A stretch of DNA of 64,000 nt, from NCBI GenBank assembly GCA_965116885.1, contig OZ220741.1, positions 2,816,001 to 2,880,000 on the forward strand, given 5' to 3'. The first letter of the stretch is position 1. The number at the start of each line of letters is the position of its first letter. The notes beneath the pieces were generated by a model, which saw only the letters and a list, made by a program, of their open reading frames with translations, was not told the origin of the DNA and searched no databases. The stretch is from Candidatus Latescibacterota bacterium. GTDB taxonomy: Bacteria > Latescibacterota > UBA2968. Shown one piece after another: positions 1 through 9,437 of this stretch. Both the position numbers and the translations under genes were made by a program.

Positions 1-636
1 AGACAGACTGCGTTCAAAAAAGTCGCGCTTTTCCGTGAGGAAATATTGGATATAAGCCATGACTTCGGGTCTGAGGTCAATGGGTACATCGGCTTGCCCT
101 GCCAGTACTCTTATTTTGAGTTCTCGGTAGTGTGGATGATGCAACAAATCGGCAACTACAGATTCGGGAAGGGCATTGAGCAGGGTTGCCAGTGGTGCCT
201 GCGGTGGTATGGGCACATGGGACGAAATCGCGTGATAGCGTTCGAGTGTGAAACGGATCAACGCGGCCCATTTTTTTGCTGTTTCCGGTTCGGAAACAAA
301 ACGCTCGCGCAATATGAAAGATGCCGTATCGAGCAAAGCTCTTACGCGAAGAGAGTGGGTTTCGACTGCGGCCTTTTGAAGCAGATCATAGAGACGGTCG
401 CCCCTGGGTTCTATATCTTCTATTGACACTGGCTCTGTTGGTATAATGGGTTCTGCAACTTCTGCTGGTTCTGTAACTGCTGGTACAGTTACGGGGGCAG
501 GCACAGGTGCAAGAGGCGTGCGTGCGGTGGTTGCACAACCCGCCAAAACTATAACTGCAATGAGACACAGGTTATACCGCAGGGCTGTCTTCGCGTTATT
601 GAGAAGATTTTGTCTGTACAATGAATGCTGTTTCAT
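1..636 (-). CDS. Lytic transglycosylase (MltD-like) lipoprotein, N-terminal part; runs off the window start
   Basis: Not in the ORF track. Manual translation from ATG 636 is open to base 1. It shows a lipobox (VIVLAGC), a Pro/Glu-rich linker, then DVPIDLRPEVMAYIQYFLTEKRDFFERSLS, resembling the segment preceding the SLT domain of MltD-type enzymes. It follows a SPOR gene. Confidence 0.65.
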   Translation of the reverse strand, partial: MKQHSLYRQNLLNNAKTALRYNLCLIAVIVLAGCATTARTPLAPVPAPVTVPAVTEPAEVAEPIIPTEPVSIEDIEPRGDRLYDLLQKAAVETHSLRVRALLDTASFILRERFVSEPETAKKWAALIRFTLERYHAISSHVPIPPQAPLATLLNALPESVVADLLHHPHYRELKIRVLAGQADVPIDLRPEVMAYIQYFLTEKRDFFERSLS

Positions 637-1312
637 AGCCTTTCTTTGTTACCTCCTCGAGTAATATTTCTGCATCGTTGCGCGTCTGAAAATTGCCGAC
701 GCGCACCTTGAAATAAGGGGGTTCAAAATCGATAAAAACATCGTCGCGCCTCAGTTGAGCACGCGCTTGCATTTGTGCATTTTCTGCTGAGCCTCGCGTC
801 GATGACGAAAAAATTTGAACTCTAAACCCCGATGTGGCATCGCTTTCAGGTTGCACATTGGCAATTTGTGTGCGAACCACATAAGCATCGGGAAAGCCCA
901 GCGCTCTAATGGCGTCGCGCAGTGTTTTGGCCGATTCGGGCGTGCGACTGTTGCCCGCTTGAATTTTGTAGAGTTGGATATCTTCGTCAAGATGAATATA
1001 TGTCAGGACTTGAGCGTCGCGCTGAATTTGTTCGCGCAAGGCTTCTGCCCGATTGTGATCGCGAAGGGCTGCAACTTGAACGCGGAAGCCCTCAATTTGT
1101 GATACTTCCGCAGAGGGCATTGCTTCGGTGCGTACAGGTGTTTGCAACACCGGGTCGTCGTCCATGAGGGTCTGCGGGTCAAATTCTTCTCGCGCCGCCG
1201 GAGAATCAGCCTTCGGAGCATCAACCGGAGGAGCGAGTTGGGTCTGCTGTGCGACACAGCCGATCAGGAACACGACAAATAAGACAAATAACAAGATATT
1301 TTTTCTTATCAT
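596..1312 (-). CDS. SPOR domain-containing lipoprotein (two SPOR domains)
   Basis: Lipobox LIGC. Two repeats of the SPOR pattern: GFRVQVAA...YKIQAGN...GFPDAYVV and GFRVQIFS...FKVRVGNF...GYETAFIV. Confidence 0.85.
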   Translation of the reverse strand: MIRKNILLFVLFVVFLIGCVAQQTQLAPPVDAPKADSPAAREEFDPQTLMDDDPVLQTPVRTEAMPSAEVSQIEGFRVQVAALRDHNRAEALREQIQRDAQVLTYIHLDEDIQLYKIQAGNSRTPESAKTLRDAIRALGFPDAYVVRTQIANVQPESDATSGFRVQIFSSSTRGSAENAQMQARAQLRRDDVFIDFEPPYFKVRVGNFQTRNDAEILLEEVTKKGYETAFIVQTKSSQ

Positions 1313-1381
1313 TTTGCCTCCACAAGCAGTTGTCAGTTTTATTTTTTAACCTTTACACGATCACGTATGCGTGACCCTCAC

Positions 1382-1410
1382 ACTTTAAGAATACATGCAA
1401 AATTTGTCAA
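1382..1410 (-). promoter_or_regulatory. Sigma70-like promoter for the SPOR/transglycosylase genes
   Basis: TTGACA (1410-1405), 17-bp spacer, TAAAGT (1387-1382). Confidence 0.55.
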
Positions 1411-1514
1411 CGACTTATATTGCGTAATTTATCGAAAAATGCACTATTTTCCCCAATATCTTGTATATCTTAAAAAAATAATAAAGTCGCTTAATTATGC
1501 AATAAACCAGGGCG

Positions 1515-2552
1515 TCACTCTCCAAACCACCGCTCAAATATTTTTGTGTAATTGTCTTTTGCCACGCCTTTTTCCGTTATGATCGCCGTGACGAGGTGGT
1601 TGGGGGTCACGTCAAAGGCGGGATTGTACACATGGATGCCACTGGGCGCGGTTTGCCGGCCCATGCCGTGTGTGATTTCTTCTGTTTCGCGCTCTTCTAT
1701 GGGAATTTGCGCGCCAGTGTCGCGTTTCATGTCAATGGTAGATAAGGGTGCGGCCACGTAAAAAGGCACCTGATGTGCTTTGGCCAGAATGGCCAGTCCA
1801 TAGGTACCGATTTTGTTGGCTACGTCTCCGTTTTTGGCAATGCAATCTGCTCCGACAACGATGCTGTCGATGTTTTTTTCGCGTAGCACCGCAGCGGCCA
1901 TGCTATCGCATATTACGGTGACATCTACGCCGCTTTGATTCAGTTCCCAGGCCGTGAGGCGTGATCCCTGTAAGAGCGGGCGGGTTTCGTCGGCATAGAC
2001 CGCGACTTGTTTGCCCGCTTCAACGGCGGCGTAAACCACTGCGAGAGCCGTGCCGTAGTCGGCCGTAGCCAGGCCGCCCGCATTGCAGTGGGTCAATACA
2101 GTCGCTTGCGAAGATAGCAATTCGGCACCATTGAGACCAATTTGGCGACATATTCGTTTGTCGTCTTCAAAAATTTCATGGGCTTTTTTGAGCAGGCGAT
2201 CGCGTTTTTCAGTGGGTGAATGGTCGGTTGCTTTGGCGAGGACCTTTTTTTGACGGTCAAGTGCCCAAAAGAGGTTGACGGCTGTGGGGCGCGTTTGCGC
2301 CAATTTTTGAATGCTTTCTGCGACATACCGATCAAAGTCGGCATTTTGCGCTATGGCTTCTTGCGCTGCAATCACGACGCCATAAGCAGCCGCTACGCCG
2401 ATGGCTGGCGCGCCGCGTACCCTCAAGCTGACGATGGCCTCTGCCACTGTGCCGACATCGCGGCAAGTGATGAATATGTACTTTTCGGGCAATAAGGTCT
2501 GGTCGATGAGGCGCAGAGCATCATTTTCCCAGGTGATGGTTGGAACGGGCAT
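1515..2552 (-). CDS. mtnA: S-methyl-5-thioribose-1-phosphate isomerase
   Basis: Motifs IDQTLLP, VRGAPAIG, RPTAVNLFWA, LTHCNAGGLAT, ETRPLLQGSRLT, NKIGT, NPAFDVTP. Confidence 0.95.
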   Translation of the reverse strand: MPVPTITWENDALRLIDQTLLPEKYIFITCRDVGTVAEAIVSLRVRGAPAIGVAAAYGVVIAAQEAIAQNADFDRYVAESIQKLAQTRPTAVNLFWALDRQKKVLAKATDHSPTEKRDRLLKKAHEIFEDDKRICRQIGLNGAELLSSQATVLTHCNAGGLATADYGTALAVVYAAVEAGKQVAVYADETRPLLQGSRLTAWELNQSGVDVTVICDSMAAAVLREKNIDSIVVGADCIAKNGDVANKIGTYGLAILAKAHQVPFYVAAPLSTIDMKRDTGAQIPIEERETEEITHGMGRQTAPSGIHVYNPAFDVTPNHLVTAIITEKGVAKDNYTKIFERWFGE

Positions 2553-2582
2553 TGGCCATCTCCATTTGTCTTGTGTCGCGGA

Positions 2583-2948
2583 TTAAATTATCAATACGTC
2601 ATCTTCAATGTGCTCTATCGGCGCGTCGCGCCACAGGCGTTCCAGACCGTAAAATTGGCGCGAGTCTTGTTGAAAAATATGTACGACAATGTCGAAAAAG
2701 TCGATTAGTACCCATTTTCGCACATCATATCCTTCGACCTGATAAGGGGGCTGTCCTTCTGCTTTGAGACCCTCGATTACCGCATCGGCTAAGGCGCGAA
2801 CATGCACATCGGATGTTCCCGTGCAGATGATAAAATAATCGGCAAAGTCGGCTGTTTGACGCAGATCAACCGCAATGATGTCTTCGGCTTTGCGCGATAG
2901 CAAATGTTCAATGCAGGCACTGCGAACGTTTTCGGTGGTATCTGACAA
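2583..2948 (-). CDS. rsfS: Ribosome silencing factor (Iojap family)
   Basis: KAEDI..DLR..DYFIICTGTS..HVRALAD..WVLID..DIVVHIF..R.FYGLERLW. Start placed at TTG 2948 after GGAG. Confidence 0.9.
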   Translation of the reverse strand: MSDTTENVRSACIEHLLSRKAEDIIAVDLRQTADFADYFIICTGTSDVHVRALADAVIEGLKAEGQPPYQVEGYDVRKWVLIDFFDIVVHIFQQDSRQFYGLERLWRDAPIEHIEDDVLII

Positions 2949-2964
2949 AATAGGCTCTCTCTCC

Positions 2965-3381
2965 TCACTTAAATATTTCCAGTCCACGATAATCTCGCCC
3001 AATGATGACGGTGACTTCCTCGATGCGAAAGGGGTCGGGTGTCTTTTGCTGGATCACATTGGGCGTACCGAGCACATTGGCGACTTGTTTGGCATATTCT
3101 ATTTTTCCCATGCGGTCTATGACAATGGTTTCGGGAAAGTTGAAATTTTCAGCATTGCCCAGGGTCATGACATCTATGCCAAAATCGCGCAGTTTTTGCC
3201 CGACCTCGGTTGCAATGCCGCCTGTGCCACAGCCATTGAGAATTTCAACGCGAATATTGTGAGAGACCTGGGAGACTTCGGGCACGACTTCAGGTGCCGT
3301 TTGCGGATCCCAATAGGCTTTTGTCGCAAAGACCAGTCCGGCGATGAGCAGTCCGCCGATAATCCATAACCAGCGTTTCAT
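2965..3381 (-). CDS. LytR C-terminal domain-containing membrane protein
   Basis: N-terminal TM, VEILNGCGTGGIA and VTVIIGRDY. Typical position upstream of rsfS. Confidence 0.85.
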   Translation of the reverse strand: MKRWLWIIGGLLIAGLVFATKAYWDPQTAPEVVPEVSQVSHNIRVEILNGCGTGGIATEVGQKLRDFGIDVMTLGNAENFNFPETIVIDRMGKIEYAKQVANVLGTPNVIQQKTPDPFRIEEVTVIIGRDYRGLEIFK

Positions 3382-3399
3382 GTTGATAAATATAAGGAT

Positions 3400-3435
3400 A
3401 AAAAAAAAAGACGCCAGTCTTACGTGCTGGCGTCC
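3400..3435 (-). terminator. Rho-independent terminator
   Basis: GACGCCAG-loop-CTGGCGTC followed by a long U-tract on the minus strand. Confidence 0.75.
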
Positions 3436-3456
3436 CTATCTGTTAATATCGCGCTT

Positions 3457-3924
3457 TTAATAGCGCCTGTATCTGTCGTTGTAATAATAGGGATAGCCAT
3501 AGCCGTTGAAGGTACTGAATCCAAATTCGATGCGAATATTGGGCTTGGGCTGATACAAAAGATTGACATTGGGAACGACGACTTGAACACCACCCGATGA
3601 GGTCGAACCGTAACGCGTATTGCCCGACATTCGATTGACCAGGCCAACTTGCGCTCTGACGATGAGCGGTTTGGATATCTGATAGGTGATGTCGTTGAGA
3701 TAGTACTGGTTCAGGCCGCCGCCGTATCCCGAACTGTAACTGACCCCAATGGTGTGGTTAAATTTGAGCTTTTTCAGGTCGAACAAACCGCTGGTGGTTT
3801 TTAACCCGTTCACGAGGTTTTCACCTGCGAGCGGGATTTTATTTTGCGGCTGAATGCCAATGTCTGCCCGTGCCTGTGTCGCGATAAAAGCTACAACTGC
3901 AAGTGTATAAATCCATTTATACAT
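3457..3924 (-). CDS. Hypothetical secreted/outer-membrane protein
   Basis: Signal peptide (AxA), beta-strand-rich. Has its own promoter (TTGACA 3980-3975, 17 bp, TATTCT) and terminator. Confidence 0.7.
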   Translation of the reverse strand: MYKWIYTLAVVAFIATQARADIGIQPQNKIPLAGENLVNGLKTTSGLFDLKKLKFNHTIGVSYSSGYGGGLNQYYLNDITYQISKPLIVRAQVGLVNRMSGNTRYGSTSSGGVQVVVPNVNLLYQPKPNIRIEFGFSTFNGYGYPYYYNDRYRRY

Positions 3925-4109
3925 GTGTAAAACCCCCTTTCCGTTATGAACAGAATACTGAAACTGAGATGAGATGTCAAGTGTTCTGTTTTCTTAGACA
4001 CCTGAGCATATCTTTATGTTCCATAATGGAAATTGCGCTTGAAAGAGAAGGGTGGGATGGCTATACTTATGTGTGTTCTATGCGTAAGACATTCGAAAGG
4101 AAATGAAAA

Positions 4110-4340
4110 ATGAAATTTCAACGCATCACGATTTCTGCCGATCAAATGGGGGGATTGCCCTGTATAAGAGGTCTTCGTATCCCCGTTTCTGTCATTGTTG
4201 ATCTCGTCGCTGCAAACACACCTGATGAGGAAATTTTGAGACTCTATCCCGACCTCGAACCCGAAGACATACGCGAAGCACTTGCTTTTGCTGCGGTCGC
4301 AGTGCGTGAACGAGAACTTCCTCTCCAGATGACACCATGA
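4110..4340 (+). CDS. DUF433 family antitoxin
   Basis: RITI...[15 protein letters not shown]...[27 protein letters not shown] overlap with the next gene. Confidence 0.9.
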   Translation: MKFQRITISADQMGGLPCIRGLRIPVSVIVDLVAANTPDEEILRLYPDLEPEDIREALAFAAVAVRERELPLQMTP

Positions 4341-4711
4341 GATTTCTCATTGATAATGCGCTTTCTCCATTGCTGGCTCAAAAGCTCGTTGAAGAGGGAT
4401 ACGATGCTGTACACATCCGCGAATATAATATGCAATCTGCATCCGATGAGGATATTTTCCAATTCGCTCAGAGAGAGGATAGGATCATTATTTCGGCTGA
4501 CACGGACTTTGGCTCATTACTCGCATTGAGTAGTGCTCCCAAACCATCTGTAATCCTTTTTCGAAGAGGTACGGAGAGGCATCCAGAGCAACAATTTAAA
4601 CTGTTACAGGCCAATCTACCGACTATTTCCAATGATCTTCAAGATGGCAGCGTTGTTGTTTTTACTCAAAATAGCATACGGATCAGGCATCTTCCCATCG
4701 CATTAAATTAA
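4337..4711 (+). CDS. DUF5615 PIN-like toxin (VapC45-like)
   Basis: [35 protein letters not shown]. Translationally coupled to DUF433. Confidence 0.9.
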   Translation: MRFLIDNALSPLLAQKLVEEGYDAVHIREYNMQSASDEDIFQFAQREDRIIISADTDFGSLLALSSAPKPSVILFRRGTERHPEQQFKLLQANLPTISNDLQDGSVVVFTQNSIRIRHLPIALN

Positions 4712-4747
4712 AAGAAACTCCTCCGAACTTCTCAGAAGGAGAATGAC

Positions 4748-5026
4748 ATGGCAGAACAAATATCTACAACAGACGCACCTCTATCGTGTCCAACATTGGA
4801 AAAATTGACAGAGAAAGAGCAAGAGATGTTGTTCGATGCGTTTGAGAAGGCTATCGAATTGGCAGAAAAAGCAGGTTTCTCAGAGGCTGAGATTTTTCAG
4901 TTTTTTGAAGATGTGATTGATGTCCGTGCGTCTGAACAGGTCCTGGATAAGATGGAGAGAACCGGAGAGAAACCAATGACTCTGAAGGAATTTAAAGCAG
5001 AGGTACAGATTGTAGCGTCAAACTAG
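4748..5026 (+). CDS. Putative antitoxin-like acidic protein; ends at an IS630 end
   Basis: Strong RBS (AAGGAG). Acidic, with a C-terminal GEKPMTLKEFKAE resembling RelB/ParD-type antitoxin tails. The stop TAG coincides with the CTAG at the IS end. Confidence 0.5.
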   Translation: MAEQISTTDAPLSCPTLEKLTEKEQEMLFDAFEKAIELAEKAGFSEAEIFQFFEDVIDVRASEQVLDKMERTGEKPMTLKEFKAEVQIVASN

Positions 5027-5226
5027 TGGTCATACCCAGAAGTTGATGTGAAGTTAAGCAGCCCAGTCAAGTCGCCCGATCCGTTCTTTCATATCCTGCT
5101 TTGTGAAGCGCCAGTTGAAAGGTTTGGCCGTCAGATTATATTGTTCCTGAAAGCCGAGGATGCGGTTTTGCATCGCCTGTCGATCTGCCAAGTCATTGGG
5201 TGTGAGCGCCTTTCTTTTCAATAGTT
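5025..5226 (-). mobile_element. IS630-family transposase 3' remnant with right end
   Basis: LKRKALTPNDLAD...RILGFQEQYNLTAKPFNWRFTKQDM matches IS630 transposase C-termini. It is followed by ...TTCTGGGTATGACCACTAG, ending in TA/CTAG, the IS630 target preference. Confidence 0.75.
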
Positions 5227-5411
5227 CTAGCGAGCAGTTCGCGAAAGCTTGTTTCCAACATTGTGGTTCCTCCATATCCAGCAGCATTTCGTCAGCAAAT
5301 GATCAATCTTGTCGATCTGGTCGTAATTTTGGAGAGTAGAGGTGGATACGAGGCGTGTCAACCAATCCGTTCTCCCCAGCATACATATTGAACTCTTTTC
5401 CACAACGACCA

Positions 5412-5648
5412 TCACATCCGATCCACATCACGAGCATTCAGAATACTCGAAGGCCGAACGCGGGTTCCCGTCGCTTCCTTGCGCTCGCGAACTCTGTGTA
5501 GCCACTCTTCAACCGAGGGGCGCGATGCGATTCGTTCCAATTCACTGCGGAGAAATGCTTGCATGGACTGGCGTTGGCGGGCGGCGCGGACAGCAAGCGC
5601 GTCGTGTACATCTTCCGGGACGTCTTCTATGGTGATTTGTACTGGCAT
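5412..5648 (-). CDS. FitA/VapB-like ribbon-helix-helix antitoxin
   Basis: MPVQITIEDVPEDVHDALAVRAARQRQSMQAFLR with a GAGG RBS. The ORF-track extension to 6011 is spurious. Confidence 0.8.
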   Translation of the reverse strand: MPVQITIEDVPEDVHDALAVRAARQRQSMQAFLRSELERIASRPSVEEWLHRVRERKEATGTRVRPSSILNARDVDRM

Positions 5649-5674
5649 GATGGTTTGGTCCTCATGAAATATGG

Positions 5675-6799
5675 TTATTTCGTCTTGTCCATCAACCTGG
5701 CAAATTCGTCGAAGAGATAATCCGCATCGTGCGGACCGGCGGAGGCTTCGGGGTGGTATTGGACGGAGAATGCGGGCAGTTCTCGGTGGCGCAGGCCCTC
5801 GAGGGTGTTGTCGTTGAGGTTGATGTGGGTGAGTGTTACGACTTCTCGGTCGAGGGTGTTGAGATCGACGCAGAAACCGTGGTTTTGTGCGGTGATTTCG
5901 ACTTTGCCCGTGCTGGCGTGCTGCACGGGCTGGTTGGCTCCCCGGTGACCAAATTTGAGTTTGTACGTTTTTCCGCCCAGTGCCAGGCCGAGGAGCTGAT
6001 GGCCCAGACATATTCCAAAGGTAGGGCGTTCGCGGATCAATTTGCGGATGTTTTTGACCGCATAAGTTACCGGTTCTGGGTCGCCCGGGCCGTTGGATAA
6101 AAAGATGCCGTCGGGATCGATTTCGAGGAGTTGCTCTGCGGGGGTGTCGGCGGGAAAAACAGTTACATCGCAGCCGCGGTCAACGAGGTAGCGCAAGATG
6201 TTGTGTTTGATGCCAAAGTCGTAAGCCGCCACGCGGTATTTGGTCTTTTGTCGCAGGTGTCTGGTCTGGCCGGTTTTGAGATCGCAAAGGCCCTCGGCCC
6301 AGTGGTAGGGTTCTGTGCAGGTGACATTTTGCACGAGGTCGCGGCCAATTAGGCCGGGGAAGTCGCGCGCTTTTTGAACGAGGCTGTCGGTATCGAGATC
6401 GGTGGTTGACAGCACGCCTTTCATCGCGCCTTGCCGGCGGATGTGCCGCACGAGGGCGCGGGTGTCAATGCCTTCAATGCCGGGTATGTTGTGTTCTTTT
6501 AGAAAGTCGCCGAGGGCAATGGTTGACCGCCAATTGCTGGGATATGGACAGTATTCTTTGACTACAAAGCCTGAGACCTGGGGTTTTTGAGACTCAAAGT
6601 CGGATGGATTGATGCCATAGTTGCCAATGAGTGGATAGGTCATGGTTACGATCTGGCTGTTATAAGACGGATCTGTGAGGATTTCTTGATATCCCGTCAT
6701 GCTGGTGTTGAAGACGACTTCTCCTTCGTATTCAATGTCTGCGCCAAAGGATTTGCCTTTGAAAATGGTGCCGTCTTCCAATGCGAGAATCGCTGCCAT
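5675..6799 (-). CDS. carA: Carbamoyl-phosphate synthase small subunit
   Basis: [43 protein letters not shown]. Confidence 0.97.
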   Translation of the reverse strand: MAAILALEDGTIFKGKSFGADIEYEGEVVFNTSMTGYQEILTDPSYNSQIVTMTYPLIGNYGINPSDFESQKPQVSGFVVKEYCPYPSNWRSTIALGDFLKEHNIPGIEGIDTRALVRHIRRQGAMKGVLSTTDLDTDSLVQKARDFPGLIGRDLVQNVTCTEPYHWAEGLCDLKTGQTRHLRQKTKYRVAAYDFGIKHNILRYLVDRGCDVTVFPADTPAEQLLEIDPDGIFLSNGPGDPEPVTYAVKNIRKLIRERPTFGICLGHQLLGLALGGKTYKLKFGHRGANQPVQHASTGKVEITAQNHGFCVDLNTLDREVVTLTHINLNDNTLEGLRHRELPAFSVQYHPEASAGPHDADYLFDEFARLMDKTK

Positions 6800-6812
6800 G
6801 AATGTTGTTCCT

Positions 6813-8084
6813 TTATTGTTTGTAAGTCACCCGACCACCCAGTATCGTCATTGTGGCCCGGCCTTTTAATGACCATCCGTGAAAGGGTGTGTTGCGCGAT
6901 TTGGATTTGAACTGATTGGCATCTACAATCCATTCGAGGTCGGGATCGATGACTGTGATGTCGGCGGGTTTATCAATGGAGAGGCTGCCGCCTTCAATGC
7001 CGAGGATGCGCGCGGGTTCTATGGTGAGTTTGGCAATTGTATCTGAGAGGGGGAGCAGGTTGGTGTGGACGAGTTTGGTGAAGAGGACACCGACCGCGGT
7101 TTCGAGGCCGAGTATGCCATTGGGTGCGCTGGTAAAGGCACCCAATTTTTCTTTTATCGTATGTGGCGCGTGGTCTGTGGCGAGTGCGTCAATGGTGCCG
7201 TCCTGTAAGCCCACAATTACGGCTTCTCGGTCTTCATTGGAGCGAAGTGGCGGACTCATTTTTCCGGCCGTGCCGAGTACGCGCACGTCTTCATCGGTCA
7301 ATACAATGTGATGGGGAGAGGCTTCACAAGTAACGGGCAGGCCCTCTTCTTTGGCTTTTCGCACGAGTTCGGCAGCGCGTTTGACGCTGAGGTGCAAGAT
7401 GTGGAGACGCCCCCGGGTTTGGCGCACGAGTTCGATGTCGCGCGCGTTCATGGCAGCTTCGCCTTCGGAGGGCATGCCTTTCAGTCCGAGTTCGCGGGAG
7501 ACCGCGCCTTCGTGCATGTGCCCGCCGCGCGTGCGTTCAAAGACTTCGGAGTGGGGATAAATCGCAAAATCGCTGGCGGCGGAGCGCTCCAAGAGTTGGC
7601 GCATTAGAGATTCGGATTCAATGGGGAGGCCGTCGTCGGAAAATCCAACAGCACCTGCTTTGAGCAGGGCATCGGTGTCGGTGAGTTTTTCGCCCTGCAT
7701 TTTTTCGGTTGCACAGGCAATGGGATACACGCGAGCATCTGCCGATTTTGCCTGTTGGACGATATATTGGACAATTTCTGGGCTGTCTATCGGCGGTTCT
7801 GTATTGGGCAAACAGGCCACAGATGTGAAGCCTCCGGCGGCAGCGGCTTCACATCCAGTTTTGATGGTTTCCTTTTCGGGAAAGCCAGGATCGCGCAGGT
7901 GGACGTGCATATCGATGAGGCCGGGTACGACGATTTGACCTGAGACGTCAAAGGTCTCTGCACTTGCGGCGATATGCGGTTCAATACGCGCGATGTGACC
8001 GCGTTGGATGAGCAGGTCGGCTATCTCATCACGATTATTAGCCGGGTCGATGACGTGACCGTTTTTGAGCAGGAGATCGGGCAT
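6813..8084 (-). CDS. pyrC: Dihydroorotase (type I)
   Basis: [40 protein letters not shown]. Adjacent to carA. Confidence 0.93.
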   Translation of the reverse strand: MPDLLLKNGHVIDPANNRDEIADLLIQRGHIARIEPHIAASAETFDVSGQIVVPGLIDMHVHLRDPGFPEKETIKTGCEAAAAGGFTSVACLPNTEPPIDSPEIVQYIVQQAKSADARVYPIACATEKMQGEKLTDTDALLKAGAVGFSDDGLPIESESLMRQLLERSAASDFAIYPHSEVFERTRGGHMHEGAVSRELGLKGMPSEGEAAMNARDIELVRQTRGRLHILHLSVKRAAELVRKAKEEGLPVTCEASPHHIVLTDEDVRVLGTAGKMSPPLRSNEDREAVIVGLQDGTIDALATDHAPHTIKEKLGAFTSAPNGILGLETAVGVLFTKLVHTNLLPLSDTIAKLTIEPARILGIEGGSLSIDKPADITVIDPDLEWIVDANQFKSKSRNTPFHGWSLKGRATMTILGGRVTYKQ

Positions 8085-8108
8085 TGAAAAGGGTGTAAAT
8101 ATCCTCTC

Positions 8109-9410
8109 TCAATCTGCGAAAACGGATTCGGGCACGCGGTCGCGGTAGGCTTCGATGGGCGGTAGATTGCCGTCGGCTTCGGTTTCGAGGGGGCGCAGCC
8201 CGGTGAGGATTTCGAGGTCGTCGCGGATGTCGGCTTGCGCCAGATAGGCTTCAGAGGCTTCGACTTCACCCAGGTCGAGTGTGTTGGGGATCCAGAGTAC
8301 GCGGGCGTCTTCTGGCGCGATAAGGCCAATGGATTCGAGGGCGATGTCGAGGACTTCGGCGTCTGTACCGCAGTGTAGCGGAACAGCACCTGCTGAAACG
8401 TGTTGTCCGGTGATGACGTTGGTATAGGTGGCGTGATAGTCGATTTTATCGACGAGGCGCCTGGTGGCAAATTCGGCCATGCCGATGCCGGTGGCGTTGC
8501 CGTGCGTGGCTTCGGTGAGGTCGCGCACAAAGATGCGCAAGACGCGCGGGGTTTCGTCGCCCATTGCGCGGCGGTCATTGCGTTTGCGTCCGATGACGTT
8601 GGTGTCCATGCCCGAGCCGGAGATGTTTTTGCCCATTTCGTCGATGATGAGGAGATCGACATCATCGAAGGGAAGCGAGGGGCACCATTCTTTGGATTTT
8701 GCTTGAAGTACTTTTTCGCGTTCTTCAAAGTCTGCCGCGGGAATGGCTTCGATGCGTGCGGTTTCGTCATAGCCGTTTTCAAGGGTGGCTACGCCAAAGG
8801 TGATGGGCATTTCTTCGCGCACAACTTTGCCGACTAAGCGCACGATTTTGTCAAAGGAGTGATGAATGATGGCGCGATGATACACCGAGGCGCCTTTGTG
8901 TTTGCCGAGGCCAATGAGCATCATTTTCATCAGTCCGCTTTCAATTTCGCCGGCAAATCCCGTATGCGGTTTTACGCGGTTGACCACAATGACGTGATCG
9001 GCTTCGGATGCGTGTTGGTCAAAGTAGATGGGCATGCCAAAATCCGATATGCCGATCTGGACGACGTCCATCGAAGATTTGATTGGACATTCCATTGTGC
9101 CTTCGGTGATGCCATATCCGGCCAGGACCTGGGTTTGTCCCTCGGCTGTGCCTCCGCCGTGCGATCCCATTGCGGGTACGATGTAGGGGACAGCGCCAAT
9201 GGCTTTCATTTCTTCGACGATGGTTTTGATGATGGTGTCGATGTTGGCGACGCCGCGGCTGCCCGCGGTTATGGCGACGGTTTGACCGGGTTTGATCACA
9301 GAACTGGGATCGATTCTGGCGATTTCATCGCGCACAGTGCCGGCGATGTCATCGACGCGAGGAGCGTCAAAGTGCTGGCGAATGCGGAACATCTGCGGGT
9401 AAGTCGGCAT
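8109..9410 (-). CDS. LarA-like (lactate racemase N-terminal/DUF2088) domain protein
   Basis: VAITAGSRG, PAMGSHGG, NRVKPHT, ESGLMKM..IGLGK, GKNISGSGMDTNVIGR. Confidence 0.75.
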   Translation of the reverse strand: MPTYPQMFRIRQHFDAPRVDDIAGTVRDEIARIDPSSVIKPGQTVAITAGSRGVANIDTIIKTIVEEMKAIGAVPYIVPAMGSHGGGTAEGQTQVLAGYGITEGTMECPIKSSMDVVQIGISDFGMPIYFDQHASEADHVIVVNRVKPHTGFAGEIESGLMKMMLIGLGKHKGASVYHRAIIHHSFDKIVRLVGKVVREEMPITFGVATLENGYDETARIEAIPAADFEEREKVLQAKSKEWCPSLPFDDVDLLIIDEMGKNISGSGMDTNVIGRKRNDRRAMGDETPRVLRIFVRDLTEATHGNATGIGMAEFATRRLVDKIDYHATYTNVITGQHVSAGAVPLHCGTDAEVLDIALESIGLIAPEDARVLWIPNTLDLGEVEASEAYLAQADIRDDLEILTGLRPLETEADGNLPPIEAYRDRVPESVFAD

Positions 9411-9437
9411 GGTTTATCCTCCTGTTGTGATTTGCTA

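Noticed and set aside
46..664. Plus-strand ORFs 46-426 and 446-664
   Set aside because: Antisense to the minus-strand transglycosylase-like frame that runs off the window.
5227..5415. 62-aa ORF as an intact VapC toxin
   Set aside because: Only the first few residues look PIN-like and the conserved acidic residues are absent; it is a chimeric scar.
5649..6011. N-terminal extension of the 199-aa ORF 5412-6011
   Set aside because: It overlaps carA in another frame. The real antitoxin starts at ATG 5648 with its own RBS.
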